Positions 31,638 to 42,218 of a stretch of 64,000 nt of DNA are shown here, in pieces. A program made the translations under genes and the position numbers. Each line of letters opens with the position of its first letter. Position 1 is the first letter of the stretch. Location: assembly GCA_944387405.1 (NCBI GenBank), contig CALXET010000005.1:30823-94822 (forward strand), written 5' to 3'. Source of the stretch: an uncultured Clostridia bacterium (lineage in GTDB: Bacteria; Bacillota; Clostridia; TANB77; CAG-508). The notes under the pieces were generated by a model that saw only the letters and a program-made list of their open reading frames with translations, did not search any database and was not told the origin of the DNA.

Positions 31638-32523
31638 TAAAACATGCAATATAATAAAAGATTTATTACCAAGTTATACAGATGGGTTAGTTACAAAAGA
31701 AACAGAAGAATTTGTAAAAAAACATCTTGAAGAGTGTGACAGTTGTAAAAAGATTTATAATAATATGAAAAATTTGAATCTAAAAGAAGAAACAAAAAGC
31801 AATAAAAAAATTATTGATTTTACTAAAAAGTTTAGAAGAAAGTATAATTTTTTAAAAATTATAGTTATATTAATCTTATTTTTTTTCATAATATCTTTTA
31901 TAAAAAACGCAATTATTATAACTAGCCTTGTGAAAAAAGCTGATAATACATTAAATGCTAATAATTATCATTTAACATATTATGTATATGACATAGATAC
32001 GATTCAAAAGATTGATTATTATGTTATAAATAATAGATATTTATCAAAGCAAATGACGATGGATAAAGAAAATGGTAAGACTTTAGGAATTATGACTGAG
32101 GTTTATGATGGAGAAACTTGTGATATTTATTATGAAAATTTTGCTGAATTAGAAAATCCAGAAGATAAAAAAATAGTATTAAAAAATGTTGAATCGTTTA
32201 TACCTAAATATGGATACCAGAGTGATATAAGAAATGAAGGAATAATTGATTTTGTTATAAATTGTGCTTTTTCAAATATAGATACAGTTAAATGTAATGG
32301 TAGAGAAACATATAGATTTAAAAACTTATTCAGACATTCTTCAAATATAATGGAAACATTTATTGATAAAGATACTGGACTTACTGTAAGGAATATAGGA
32401 GATTGGATAATGGTAGGAGATAAGGAATACAATAAAATGATGGAAGGTTATATAGAGTTTAATACTGTAACAGAAAATGATCTAAGTGTACAAGACTCAG
32501 ATGAGTATACTGTTCAAAATTGA
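31630..32523 (+). CDS. zf-HC2 anti-sigma factor
   Basis: C..IKDLLPSY.D and HLEECDSC, TM, extracellular domain. Confidence 0.85.
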   Translation: MNNKTCNIIKDLLPSYTDGLVTKETEEFVKKHLEECDSCKKIYNNMKNLNLKEETKSNKKIIDFTKKFRRKYNFLKIIVILILFFFIISFIKNAIIITSLVKKADNTLNANNYHLTYYVYDIDTIQKIDYYVINNRYLSKQMTMDKENGKTLGIMTEVYDGETCDIYYENFAELENPEDKKIVLKNVESFIPKYGYQSDIRNEGIIDFVINCAFSNIDTVKCNGRETYRFKNLFRHSSNIMETFIDKDTGLTVRNIGDWIMVGDKEYNKMMEGYIEFNTVTENDLSVQDSDEYTVQN

Positions 32524-32626
32524 AAAAAATAGGAAAATATGTTATAATAATTAATAGATATTTACGACTTGTAATATCTATGCAAACATACTTGTTTGCA
32601 TCGGCTACAAAAAAAAGGAGGCAGAA

Positions 32627-32836
32627 ATGTCTGTCAAGGTCAGAGAAGAGTACCTGGAAATCCTGGAAGGAAGGATCGACTATGCACTCAGTGATTGCCA
32701 GGGCGCGCCAAACGAAATCGTCATTCCGATGCTTCTTAACGTGCTGGACACGGCTCAAAAGGAGTTCCATCTGAATGGCCTAGAGCGTATGGAGGCGTGC
32801 AAATACATCACTGAGATGTACGGGTACAATTTCTAA
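32627..32836 (+). CDS. Small acidic hypothetical protein
   Basis: Promoter TTGAAA-N17-TATAAT at 32520-32548, SD AGGAGG, GC-rich hairpin at 32848-32873. Confidence 0.65.
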   Translation: MSVKVREEYLEILEGRIDYALSDCQGAPNEIVIPMLLNVLDTAQKEFHLNGLERMEACKYITEMYGYNF

Positions 32837-32880
32837 GCCAAGCACTGCGGGAGGGTCTAAAAAGCCCCCCCGCGTGTGTT

Positions 32881-33795
32881 TTAGTTATTTTTATTAGAAT
32901 TAATTTTTACATAATTTTTATATTCAGTTTGATCTTTATTAGAGAAATCTACATTTTTATTATTAACAATATTTTTTTCAATTAAGTAATTAGTTTCTTT
33001 ATAATAATAATTTTCAAAAGATTCTACTGTTCTTAAAATCATATAATCATCTTTACTAATATAAGTGTCAACATATCCATTTTGATATTTTTTCCTTAAA
33101 ATATAACATTTTTCATTATTTATCGAATCTTCTTTAACACAAAAACCGATTCCAAAATTTGAAATTGTAAGAAAAGAATAAAAATCATCTAGTAGAAAAT
33201 CTTTTCTATAAGAATAATCTACTATTTCTTCTTCTAATGTTTTGCTTTTATTATTTACAGTAATAATATTAGTAGTGTTTTCAGAATCATTAATTTCAAT
33301 ATAATCAATTTTATCAGGTTTTTCAATTTTATATTTATTTTCATAACAGTAATAAACATATTCTTCTTTAGTATTTAAGTTATCAGGAATATATTTATAA
33401 TTTATAGTTTTGGTTATTTTATAATTATTAGATTCAGAAAGATTAAAAATACTAGAATAAGTATTATTTACTATATTATTTATATGGTAAGCTTTAATTA
33501 ATATGAAAACAATTACAAAAAGTATAAATAAAACTATAATAACTAAAATTAGTTTAATAAAATTAAAAATCTTATTAAATTTATTTAAATGGTTTAATTC
33601 AATTTTGTCACTATCATCAATTTTTTTAAAATTATTAAATATATCTGAACAAATATTATTGTAGTAATTTTTACAATTTTCACAAGTAGATAAGTGATTT
33701 TCAATAAATTTTTTTGTAGTATCATTTACAAGTTTATCAGCATATAAGGAAGATAAATCTTGTACAATATCACAATCATTATTATTTTTCTTCAT
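32881..33795 (-). CDS. zf-HC2 anti-sigma factor
   Basis: CDIVQDLSSLYAD, HLSTCENC, TM. Confidence 0.85.
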   Translation of the reverse strand: MKKNNNDCDIVQDLSSLYADKLVNDTTKKFIENHLSTCENCKNYYNNICSDIFNNFKKIDDSDKIELNHLNKFNKIFNFIKLILVIIVLFILFVIVFILIKAYHINNIVNNTYSSIFNLSESNNYKITKTINYKYIPDNLNTKEEYVYYCYENKYKIEKPDKIDYIEINDSENTTNIITVNNKSKTLEEEIVDYSYRKDFLLDDFYSFLTISNFGIGFCVKEDSINNEKCYILRKKYQNGYVDTYISKDDYMILRTVESFENYYYKETNYLIEKNIVNNKNVDFSNKDQTEYKNYVKINSNKNN

Positions 33796-34270
33796 TATCT
33801 ATCATCTCCTTTAATTTTAATTTTGCTCTATAATAAGTTGTTCTAGCCCAATTTTCAGACTTCTCTAATATCTGACCGATTTCTTTAAAAGAAAAATCAG
33901 ATTTAACACGCAAAAGAACAACATTTTTTGAATTATCATCAAGAGAAAAAATTTTTTTATATAAATTAAGTAAATTGTCTTTATCTATGAATGAATCTTC
34001 AAAAGATTCATTATTAAAGTAGAATTCACTAATTTCACAAATATCAATATTTTTATATTTGTGGTTTCTTTTTAAATAATCTATCCATTTATTTTTGGCA
34101 ATTTTACAAAGCCAAGTTTTTATATTTGAATCATTCTTAAAGGTGTTTATATTTTTGATTGCATTATAAAAAGTCTCTTGCATTAATTCTTCAGAAAGAT
34201 CTTTGTTATTAGTAAGAGCTAAGAGATATTTATATACAATTATGGAATATTTATTATATATTTCGTCCAT
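33782..34270 (-). CDS. ECF sigma factor
   Basis: SEELMQETF, TWLCKIAKN, NWARTTYYRAK. Confidence 0.9.
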   Translation of the reverse strand: MDEIYNKYSIIVYKYLLALTNNKDLSEELMQETFYNAIKNINTFKNDSNIKTWLCKIAKNKWIDYLKRNHKYKNIDICEISEFYFNNESFEDSFIDKDNLLNLYKKIFSLDDNSKNVVLLRVKSDFSFKEIGQILEKSENWARTTYYRAKLKLKEMIDNEEK

Positions 34271-34575
34271 AGTAATCTCCTCAAATATATAGACTTATAA
34301 TTATCTTAATTCGTTACAAAAATATAAATAATTATAATAAAATATACTAGATTTATAAATTAAATTATATTTGAGCTTATCTAAAAATCAATATCGTTAT
34401 AAAAAATAGTAAATTTGTTAGTCTTTTTTCTTGTAAAATATAAAAGAAATATGTATAATAATTATATTAGAAAATCGCATATAAATACTAAGATACAAAA
34501 TATAACAAAAAACTCATCAAAGAATATATTGTGAGTATATCTTAAAGTGAAAATATGTAATAAAATCTATTTGAG

Positions 34576-34782
34576 GTGAGTAAAATGCCAGATTTTGTTA
34601 TAAAGAGCAAGAAAAAGAAAGAATATGAACAATTTACTTGTAGAATTGAAAGTGATTTGTTAGAGAAAGTGAGATTAATTGTATTAGATAACAATTTAAG
34701 CTCAGTAAATGAATTCATTAATGAATGTATAAGATTTTCCATTGACAATTTAAAAGTAATGGAAGAAACTGATGAAAAATGA
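34576..34782 (+). CDS. Small ribbon-helix-helix-like protein
   Basis: EQFTCRIESDLLEKV..SVNEFINECI pattern, SD GAGGTG. Confidence 0.5.
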   Translation: MSKMPDFVIKSKKKKEYEQFTCRIESDLLEKVRLIVLDNNLSSVNEFINECIRFSIDNLKVMEETDEK

Positions 34783-34843
34783 ATATTTAAAAGATGGTTT
34801 ACTTGCTGGTTCCCACCAGTAAGAGAAGACTGGGATGAGCATT

Positions 34844-34874
34844 AAAGCATACACAAAAAAGTGTATGCTTTTTT
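34844..34874 (+). terminator. Intrinsic terminator
   Basis: AAAGCATACAC-aaaaaa-GTGTATGCTTT followed by T run. Confidence 0.7.
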
Positions 34875-34940
34875 CCACATATAGGAGAAAAAAAGTGGAT
34901 AAGTAAGTCATAAATAAAAAATAATTGCATAAATATTAAT

Positions 34941-35948
34941 ATGAAAGTATTAACAGTTTTATTAGGAACAATTATTGGCGCTGGATTTATTTCTGGTGCA
35001 GAGATAAATTTATTTTTTAATTCATTAGGACTCCAAGGGATGCTTGGTATATTATTTTCTTCAATATTACTTGGAATTGTGATATATTTTTCACTAATTA
35101 ATGAAAACAAATCATATAATGAATTAGTTGAAAAAAATATAAATAGTAAAATAATAAGAACTATATTATTAGGAATGATTAATTTGTTTTTAATAATTAG
35201 TTATTTTATTATGGTTGCAGGGTTAAGTTCATTTTTTTGTGATGTACTAAATTTAAATTATTTTATTTCAAGCTTATTAAGTATTTTGATAATTTTCATT
35301 ATTGTAAATGGTGATATTAGTAGGATAGAAAATTTTAATAAATTATTTATTCCTTTTTTAATATTACTAATATTTTCTTTGTTTTTCGTAATAAAAGATA
35401 TAAAAATAGTTAATGAGTATCAAGAGATGAGTTTTAATATTAATTTTTTAATATTAGGATTAATATATGCAAGTTATAATTCAATATCACTAATACCAAT
35501 TACGATAAAGTTAAAAGAAAATAATAAACTGAAAAATAAAGGAGCATTATTTGTTTCTATAATATTTTCTTTAATTATTTTTACATGTGGAGTAATTTTG
35601 TTTGTTTTACTTGAGAATAACAGAATGTTTGCTAAAAGTGAAATTCCTCTTCTTGATATAGTAAATGGTAAAAATGAAATTCTTATTATATTTGTTAGAA
35701 TATCTATAGCAATATCAATAATAAGTACAGCAGTGTCATTACAATATGCAGCAATTATGAATATAGAGAAAAATAAAAGTAGATATACAAGAGATATTCT
35801 GATAATGAATATAGTAGCTATAATCGTTTCAAGAATAGGTTTTCAAAGATTAATAAAGATATTTTATCCTTTGTTCGGATTAATCGGAACAATAAATTTA
35901 TTTATTTTAATGAAAAATTATTTCAAATATAGTAAAATAAAGTCATAA
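34941..35948 (+). CDS. YkvI-like multi-pass membrane protein
   Basis: GTIIGAGFISGAEI..FF, YASYN, FYPLFG. Confidence 0.75.
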   Translation: MKVLTVLLGTIIGAGFISGAEINLFFNSLGLQGMLGILFSSILLGIVIYFSLINENKSYNELVEKNINSKIIRTILLGMINLFLIISYFIMVAGLSSFFCDVLNLNYFISSLLSILIIFIIVNGDISRIENFNKLFIPFLILLIFSLFFVIKDIKIVNEYQEMSFNINFLILGLIYASYNSISLIPITIKLKENNKLKNKGALFVSIIFSLIIFTCGVILFVLLENNRMFAKSEIPLLDIVNGKNEILIIFVRISIAISIISTAVSLQYAAIMNIEKNKSRYTRDILIMNIVAIIVSRIGFQRLIKIFYPLFGLIGTINLFILMKNYFKYSKIKS

Positions 35949-36006
35949 TATTGAAAAAAAAGACAAAAATTGATATAAATAAAGTACTAAAGAAATAGGA
36001 GTAAAT

Positions 36007-37182
36007 ATGAAACAATATTCATTGCAAAAGTTTAAAGAAAGTAAAAGAATCAAGAGAAAATTTAAAATCACTTTAACAATTATGATTATATCAATATTAA
36101 TTATTTTAATTGCATTATATTTAGCAAATAGTGATTTTAGAAATTTTATTGATGTCCATATTTTAAGAAAAGAAATAAGTGAAAATGATGCTATACAATT
36201 AAATATCGATGTTGAAGAATTATCATATGTAAATGTATTTAATAATAATATTATTACTATTAACGGAGGAGTTTTAACTTTTTATTCAGATAAAGGAAAA
36301 GAAGAAGGAAATTTAGATATTATATTATCAAGTCCTATTTCAGATTCAGATGAAAAATACTTAGTCTTAGGAGATAAAGGTGGAAATAAAATTTATCTAA
36401 TAAATGATAAAAATATTAAGTGGGAAAAAGAAGTCGAGGGAAAAATTTCAAAAGTTAGTGTAAATAAGAAAGGATATGTATCAGTAATTAGTTCTGGTAA
36501 TACATCAGAATCAGATATTTCAGTTTTTAATGCAAAAGGAGATAATATTTTTACATATCATTTAGCAAGTACATACGCAATAGATAGTGATATTTCAGAG
36601 AATAATAAATATTTAGCTATAGCAGAAGTAGATTATTCTGGAGTTTCAGCTAAGTCTCAAATAAAGATATTATCAATAGATGATGTTCAGAAAGATAAGA
36701 CAAAGGCAATAGTACATACATATGATGGTGAAGCTGGAGATATAGTGACTGATTTAAATTATCAAGATGGTGATAATGCCATATGCTTATTTGATTCATA
36801 TATTATAAATATTACTCCTGAAAAAGATGAAAAATTATATACTATTGATAATAATAGTACATTATTTGCCGATATAAATTTAGATAAAGGATATGTAAAA
36901 ATAGAAAAAGAATCTGAAGAGATTTTTAAATCAGATTATAGATTAAAAATAAGTGATTTATCTAATAATGAGAAATTATATGCTTTAGAAGGAAATGTAA
37001 AGAAACTAAAGGTTAATAGCGATATGATGGGTATTGTTTCAGGAACTACAGTTGAATTTGTTTCAAAAGATGGTTGGCTTTGTAAAAAATATATAGGATC
37101 AAAAGAGATAAAAGATATTTATATTTCTAAAAATATCGCAGCTATAGTGTATAAAGATAGAATTGATATTATTACATTTTAA
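36007..37182 (+). CDS. Membrane-anchored beta-propeller-like protein (DUF5711-like)
   Basis: N-terminal TM, repeated beta-rich units, upstream of cvpA. Confidence 0.6.
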   Translation: MKQYSLQKFKESKRIKRKFKITLTIMIISILIILIALYLANSDFRNFIDVHILRKEISENDAIQLNIDVEELSYVNVFNNNIITINGGVLTFYSDKGKEEGNLDIILSSPISDSDEKYLVLGDKGGNKIYLINDKNIKWEKEVEGKISKVSVNKKGYVSVISSGNTSESDISVFNAKGDNIFTYHLASTYAIDSDISENNKYLAIAEVDYSGVSAKSQIKILSIDDVQKDKTKAIVHTYDGEAGDIVTDLNYQDGDNAICLFDSYIINITPEKDEKLYTIDNNSTLFADINLDKGYVKIEKESEEIFKSDYRLKISDLSNNEKLYALEGNVKKLKVNSDMMGIVSGTTVEFVSKDGWLCKKYIGSKEIKDIYISKNIAAIVYKDRIDIITF

Positions 37183-37208
37183 TCATATTTACTAAAGAGG
37201 AGAGTTTT

Positions 37209-37838
37209 ATGGGAATTGCAATTGATGTAATTATTATTCTTGTTATTTTGTTGTGCACATTTATAGGTTATAAAAGAGGGCTTATAAGAGTAATTACAAG
37301 TTTATTATCATTTATAATAGCACTAGTATTGGCTGTTATTATTTATAAGCCGGTTTCTAATATTATTATAAATAATACAAATATATATAATAATATTCAG
37401 AGTGGAATTTATGAAAATATAAAAGATGAAGATATAGAAGAATCTGATAATGGAATAATTTCATTTGCAAAAAATTATATTTACTCAGAGGCAAAAGATA
37501 TAACTTTAGAGATGATTTCTGAGAGCGTTGCACAGATTGTAATAGATGTTATAACATTCATAATCATATTAATAATAACAAGAATTATCTTGATTTTTGT
37601 AAGTGTAGTTTTTTCTTCTATTGCAAGCTTACCAATTATTAAACAATTTAATAAGGCAGGCGGATTAATATATGGATTTTTGCAAGGAATTATTATAAAT
37701 TACATAATTTTTGCATTAATTTTATTAATAGTACAGATATCAAATGTTAATACAGATTTTATAAATAATTCAATAAATAAATCTAAAATTGGGAATATAT
37801 TATATAATGAAAATATAATTATAAATTTAATTAAATGA
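37209..37838 (+). CDS. cvpA: CvpA family membrane protein
   Basis: GYKRGLI and NKAGGLIYGFLQG motifs. Confidence 0.8.
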   Translation: MGIAIDVIIILVILLCTFIGYKRGLIRVITSLLSFIIALVLAVIIYKPVSNIIINNTNIYNNIQSGIYENIKDEDIEESDNGIISFAKNYIYSEAKDITLEMISESVAQIVIDVITFIIILIITRIILIFVSVVFSSIASLPIIKQFNKAGGLIYGFLQGIIINYIIFALILLIVQISNVNTDFINNSINKSKIGNILYNENIIINLIK

Positions 37839-38020
37839 TATAGATAAATGGATTAATTTATAGAGATTTATAAAAAAATAATAAAATTTTAATTAAGAGG
37901 AATAAAAGTGCTTTTTTTGGAGGAGTATTTTTATTCCTTTATTGTTGATAATTCAAAATCTCTTTGATATAATAAGGCAAAATATGGTTTATAATCTACA
38001 ATATAGGAGTTGAATATATA

Positions 38021-39547
38021 TTGAGTAGAAGAGAAAGACGCGAAAGAGAAGAAAGAGAAGAAAAGGAAAGAAAAAAACGCGAAAAAGAAGAAAAAAAGAG
38101 AGCTAAATTAGAAGAAAAACTATATAAAAAAAGACAAAAAGATAAAGAAAATAATAAAAAGAAAGCTAGTAAAACTAATAGTCATAAGAAAAATACTAGT
38201 TCAAACAAAAATAAAAATAATCAAAAGCAAAAAAATAAATCGAAAAGTAAGAATAAAAAGCCTAATTTTATAATAAAATTTCTAAAAACCTTTTTAAAAA
38301 TAATTTTAATATTAATTTTAATAATTTGTTTAATAGCTGGAATTTTAATAGGATATCTTGGAGTGAAAACAAATTGGAACAAATCAGAGATGTTAAAATT
38401 ATTTGCAAAAGAAACAACATTACTTTTAACAGGGCAAACTGAAGAAGATTTAGAGAAACTGAAACCTATTTATTGTTTAGTAATGGGAGTTAGTAAAGAT
38501 ATTGATGTTAGTTTGACAGATACTATTATGGTTTGTGCATATTATCCAAAAACTCAGCAAGCATCAATCTTATCAATACCAAGAGATACTTTTATAGGAA
38601 ATAGCATATATACAGCAACAGGAACAGATAAAGTAAATTCTGTATACGCAGCTCACGGGAATGATCCAGAGGCAACACTAAAAGAAGTTGAAGAACTTAC
38701 TGGACTAGAGATTAATAATTATGCATTAATAGACACAGATGCTTTAGTAAACTTAGTAGATGAAATAGGTGGAGTATATTTTGATGTCCCAATAGATATG
38801 AAATATGATTCTAAAAAACAAGATTTACATATTAATTTAAAAAAAGGATATCAATTAATAGATGGTAATAAAGCAGAGCAATTATTAAGATTTAGAAAGA
38901 ATAATGATGGAACTGGATATTCTGCTGAATATGGTTCAGATGATTATGGAAGAATGAGAACACAAAGAGAATTTATTACTGAAACTATTAAACAGACATT
39001 AAAATTAAAAAATGTAACAAAATTAAATGATTTAGTAAAACTTTGCTTTGAAAATGTGGATACTAATTTAGATGTAAATGAAGTATTAAAATATGTTCCA
39101 GCAGCAGTAGAATTTGACATATCAAATATAAAATCACTAGCTTTACCAGGAGCATCTGAGAGAATTGGGCCATCTTCATTATGGTTTTTCTTACATAACG
39201 AAGAAGAAACAGAGCAAATAATAGATGAAATGTTTTTGTTTAATGAAAAAAATGAAGGAAATGTGAGTATTGCACCAGAGGATTTAACTATACAAATTTT
39301 AAATGGCTCTGGAGAAGAATATGTTTCTGAGGATATAAAAAATAAATTAATTAATAAAGGCTATAATATAGTGGATATAAAATCTACAACGATAACAAAG
39401 AAGTCAAAATTAATAAATAGAACAGATAAACCAGAAGAATTTTCAGAAGAAATATCAGATATGTTAGATGATATAGAATTAAGAAAAGGACAACCAAATG
39501 ACTATTCTATAGATTATACAATAATAGTAGGACAAGATATGGTATAA
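38021..39547 (+). CDS. LCP (LytR-CpsA-Psr) family protein with LytR_C domain
   Basis: TDTIMV, SIPRDT, LRFRK, GRMRTQR, ILNGSG, IIVGQD. Confidence 0.9.
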   Translation: MSRRERREREEREEKERKKREKEEKKRAKLEEKLYKKRQKDKENNKKKASKTNSHKKNTSSNKNKNNQKQKNKSKSKNKKPNFIIKFLKTFLKIILILILIICLIAGILIGYLGVKTNWNKSEMLKLFAKETTLLLTGQTEEDLEKLKPIYCLVMGVSKDIDVSLTDTIMVCAYYPKTQQASILSIPRDTFIGNSIYTATGTDKVNSVYAAHGNDPEATLKEVEELTGLEINNYALIDTDALVNLVDEIGGVYFDVPIDMKYDSKKQDLHINLKKGYQLIDGNKAEQLLRFRKNNDGTGYSAEYGSDDYGRMRTQREFITETIKQTLKLKNVTKLNDLVKLCFENVDTNLDVNEVLKYVPAAVEFDISNIKSLALPGASERIGPSSLWFFLHNEEETEQIIDEMFLFNEKNEGNVSIAPEDLTIQILNGSGEEYVSEDIKNKLINKGYNIVDIKSTTITKKSKLINRTDKPEEFSEEISDMLDDIELRKGQPNDYSIDYTIIVGQDMV

Positions 39548-39558
39548 AAAATAGGGGC

Positions 39559-40905
39559 TTATTTATATAAGCTCCTATTTTTATTATTAATATGTCTAGT
39601 TCTTTTATATTTTATTTTATCCATTTTAAACTTTCTTTTTATTAATAATCCTAAAACAATTAACACTATTATTCCAATGAAAAGTATTTTAATTATGATA
39701 TTAAATAAATTATTATTTTTTTCTTCAACATCATGTGAAGCGATTAAATCAGCTGTATACGATAAACCATCTAAGCTATAAGTTACAGTTCCAACAACAT
39801 CTCCTTTAGATATTGGAGCTGATAGATTTTCTTTTAATTTAATTTTAGGTTCTATAGCATTATTTCTATTATCAAGATTAGCTAAGACATTTACATCGGA
39901 ATTAATTAATAATTCAAGAGATTTTGTGTCATTTGTTCCGTTTTCAATGTTAATAGTCGTGATTGAATTTGATTTTGCTTGAAGTTTCATAAAAGAATAA
40001 TTATTAAAAGCAAAATTAAACATGTTTATTGCATCTACATATCTTGTATCTTTATCAGGTGACCCTAATATTACTGATATAAATTCAAGACCGTTATTAT
40101 TTGCAGCAGCAACTAAACAATTGCCTGCAGGAGTTGTAAATCCAGTTTTAATACCAATTGCATAAGGATAATAATAGTTATTTTCAACATCATTATTGTT
40201 AACTATTATTAGAGAATTAGTATTTTTAAAAGTTCTATCATTATATGGATATAATTTTGTAGCAGGTAATGTATATGAAGTTGTTGCTACTATTTGCCTA
40301 AATATTTCATTTTTCATTGCGTATTGTGCAATAAGTGCTAAATCATGCGCAGTAGTATAGTGATTATCATCGTGCATTCCATTACCATTCATAAAGTGTG
40401 AATTTGTACATCCTATTGATTTAGCTTTTTCATTCATTAGATTAACAAATTCTTCATAGGAACCAGATATATGTTCACCTAATATAACAGCAGCTTCATT
40501 AGCAGATGCAAGCATTAAAGCATATAATAAGTCTTTGACGCTTAATGTTTCTCCAACTTGTATATTTGCATTTGTATATCCAGAAGGAATAGATGTAACA
40601 GCATATTCACTAACTGTTGCCATTTCATCTAAAGAGCAACTTTCAATAGCAATTATTGCAGTTAAAATTTTAGTTGTGCTTGCTGGAAATTTTCTTTCTT
40701 CTCCATTTTTTGAATAAATTACTTTCCCTGTTGATGATTCAATTAAAATTGCAGCTTCTGATTGTATGGAAGAATTTAAGCTATCAAAATCTTCTTTTGT
40801 ACTAGCAGAAGAGATTAAAGGGAAAAATAATGATTGTATTAATATTACGAATAATATTAATTTAGATATTCTTTTAGTTAGTTTCATATATATCTCCTCA
40901 TACAC
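39559..40905 (-). CDS. D-alanyl-D-alanine carboxypeptidase (peptidase S11)
   Basis: ASTTK (SxxK), SAN (SxN), KTG, PBP5_C, C-terminal TM. Confidence 0.92.
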   Translation of the reverse strand: MYEEIYMKLTKRISKLILFVILIQSLFFPLISSASTKEDFDSLNSSIQSEAAILIESSTGKVIYSKNGEERKFPASTTKILTAIIAIESCSLDEMATVSEYAVTSIPSGYTNANIQVGETLSVKDLLYALMLASANEAAVILGEHISGSYEEFVNLMNEKAKSIGCTNSHFMNGNGMHDDNHYTTAHDLALIAQYAMKNEIFRQIVATTSYTLPATKLYPYNDRTFKNTNSLIIVNNNDVENNYYYPYAIGIKTGFTTPAGNCLVAAANNNGLEFISVILGSPDKDTRYVDAINMFNFAFNNYSFMKLQAKSNSITTINIENGTNDTKSLELLINSDVNVLANLDNRNNAIEPKIKLKENLSAPISKGDVVGTVTYSLDGLSYTADLIASHDVEEKNNNLFNIIIKILFIGIIVLIVLGLLIKRKFKMDKIKYKRTRHINNKNRSLYK

Positions 40906-40966
40906 ATAAATTAAAATAAATATACATTATTTTTCGACAAAAAACAATAGAAAGAAGGGATAAAAA

Positions 40967-41617
40967 TTGATAAATATTTATAGAAAATATATTGAAAAAA
41001 ATAAAAAATATATTATTATTGCACTATTATTTATATTTTTAATTATTGGAATAATTATTGTAAAGCAATTTGATACTGAAGAAAAAGAAAGTTTAGAATT
41101 AATTAGTATAGAAGAGGAGACAGAACAAGATAATAAATCTATAGAAGAAGAGGAAGATTATAAAATTGTAGTTCATATAACAGGTGAAGTTGAAAAAGAG
41201 GGAATAATAGAAATAAAAGAAGGGGGCAGAATTTCTGATGCAATAGATGCAGCAGGTGGACTTACAAAAGAAGCGGATCTTGAAAGAGTTAATCTTGCAT
41301 ATGAATTAGAAGATGGACAAAAAATATATATTCCAAATAAAAATGATAAGGATATAGAGGAATATGTCACAGAAGGAGTAGATGATATAGTGCTCCCTGA
41401 TGAACTTTCAAATATGGGGGACGGATTAATAAATATCAATAAAGCAGACTTAGAAGAGCTTCAAGAATTAGATGGAATAGGAGAAGCTTTAGCAGAGAAT
41501 ATAATTGCTTATAGGGAAAATAACGGTAAATTTAAAAATATAGAAGATATTAAAAATGTTTCAGGAATAGGTGATAGTAAATATGAAAAAATAAAAGATA
41601 GTATAAAAATAAGATAA
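40967..41617 (+). CDS. comEA: ComEA-like DNA uptake protein
   Basis: TM, SLBB (VHITGEV..AGG..DGQKIYIP), HhH (ININKAD, GIGE, VSGIG). Confidence 0.9.
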   Translation: MINIYRKYIEKNKKYIIIALLFIFLIIGIIIVKQFDTEEKESLELISIEEETEQDNKSIEEEEDYKIVVHITGEVEKEGIIEIKEGGRISDAIDAAGGLTKEADLERVNLAYELEDGQKIYIPNKNDKDIEEYVTEGVDDIVLPDELSNMGDGLININKADLEELQELDGIGEALAENIIAYRENNGKFKNIEDIKNVSGIGDSKYEKIKDSIKIR

Positions 41618-41630
41618 AATAATAAAAGAA

Positions 41631-41661
41631 AAAAGTACTTACTAATTTAGTAAGTACTTTT
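41631..41661. terminator. Bidirectional terminator, likely the original tRNA-fMet terminator
   Basis: AAAAGTACTTACTA-att-TAGTAAGTACTTTT. Confidence 0.75.
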
Positions 41662-41668
41662 TATTTCT

Positions 41669-41713
41669 TGGTTGCGGGAGTAGGACTCGAACCTACGACC
41701 TTCGGGTTATGAG
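41669..41713 (-). repeat. att site: displaced 3' half of tRNA-fMet
   Basis: 45 nt matching 58490-58534 with 3 substitutions; match ends at anticodon loop CTCATAA. Confidence 0.9.
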
Positions 41714-41913
41714 GGTTGACATAATGTTTTTGTGATGCGTATTGAATTGTATTGTATGCTAGTGTTATCAATACTTAGAAGTTTTTTCATTTAGTGAATA
41801 ATATGGTTGAAAATGTACCCTTTTTGAGAAATTGATCCCCAATTTCTCCCCAATTTTTTTATTAAGATTTTTGGGAGTATTTAGATATTATTTTTTATTT
41901 TGGAGGTTATTTT

Positions 41914-42210
41914 ATGATTAATAATTTTAGAAAAGTTAATGAAGATTTATTAAAAGATTGGCTTGCCTTTAGAGAAGAAACCGAGCTTGCCTTTCTTGAT
42001 GACGAAGATAAGAAACATACAGTTAAGTTTGATGAGATTTCTGAAAAAATTTTAGGTACTATACCTAAACAGAATAGAAAGTTTGTAGAAAAACAACTTG
42101 AATTACTTAATTCTAGTTTTCTAGAGTATATTTGTTACTGGAATGAAAAGTATTATAGGAATGGTTTTTGTGATGGCATTCAGTTAATTATTGGATGTCT
42201 GATTTTATAG
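41914..42210 (+). CDS. Small hypothetical protein (DUF6809-like)
   Basis: C-terminal YYRNGFCDG motif, SD GGAGG. Confidence 0.55.
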   Translation: MINNFRKVNEDLLKDWLAFREETELAFLDDEDKKHTVKFDEISEKILGTIPKQNRKFVEKQLELLNSSFLEYICYWNEKYYRNGFCDGIQLIIGCLIL

Positions 42211-42218
42211 AAAAAGCC

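Noticed and set aside
38021-38260. Purine-rich repetitive stretch
   Set aside because: Encodes the low-complexity R/E/K cytoplasmic N-terminus of the LCP protein
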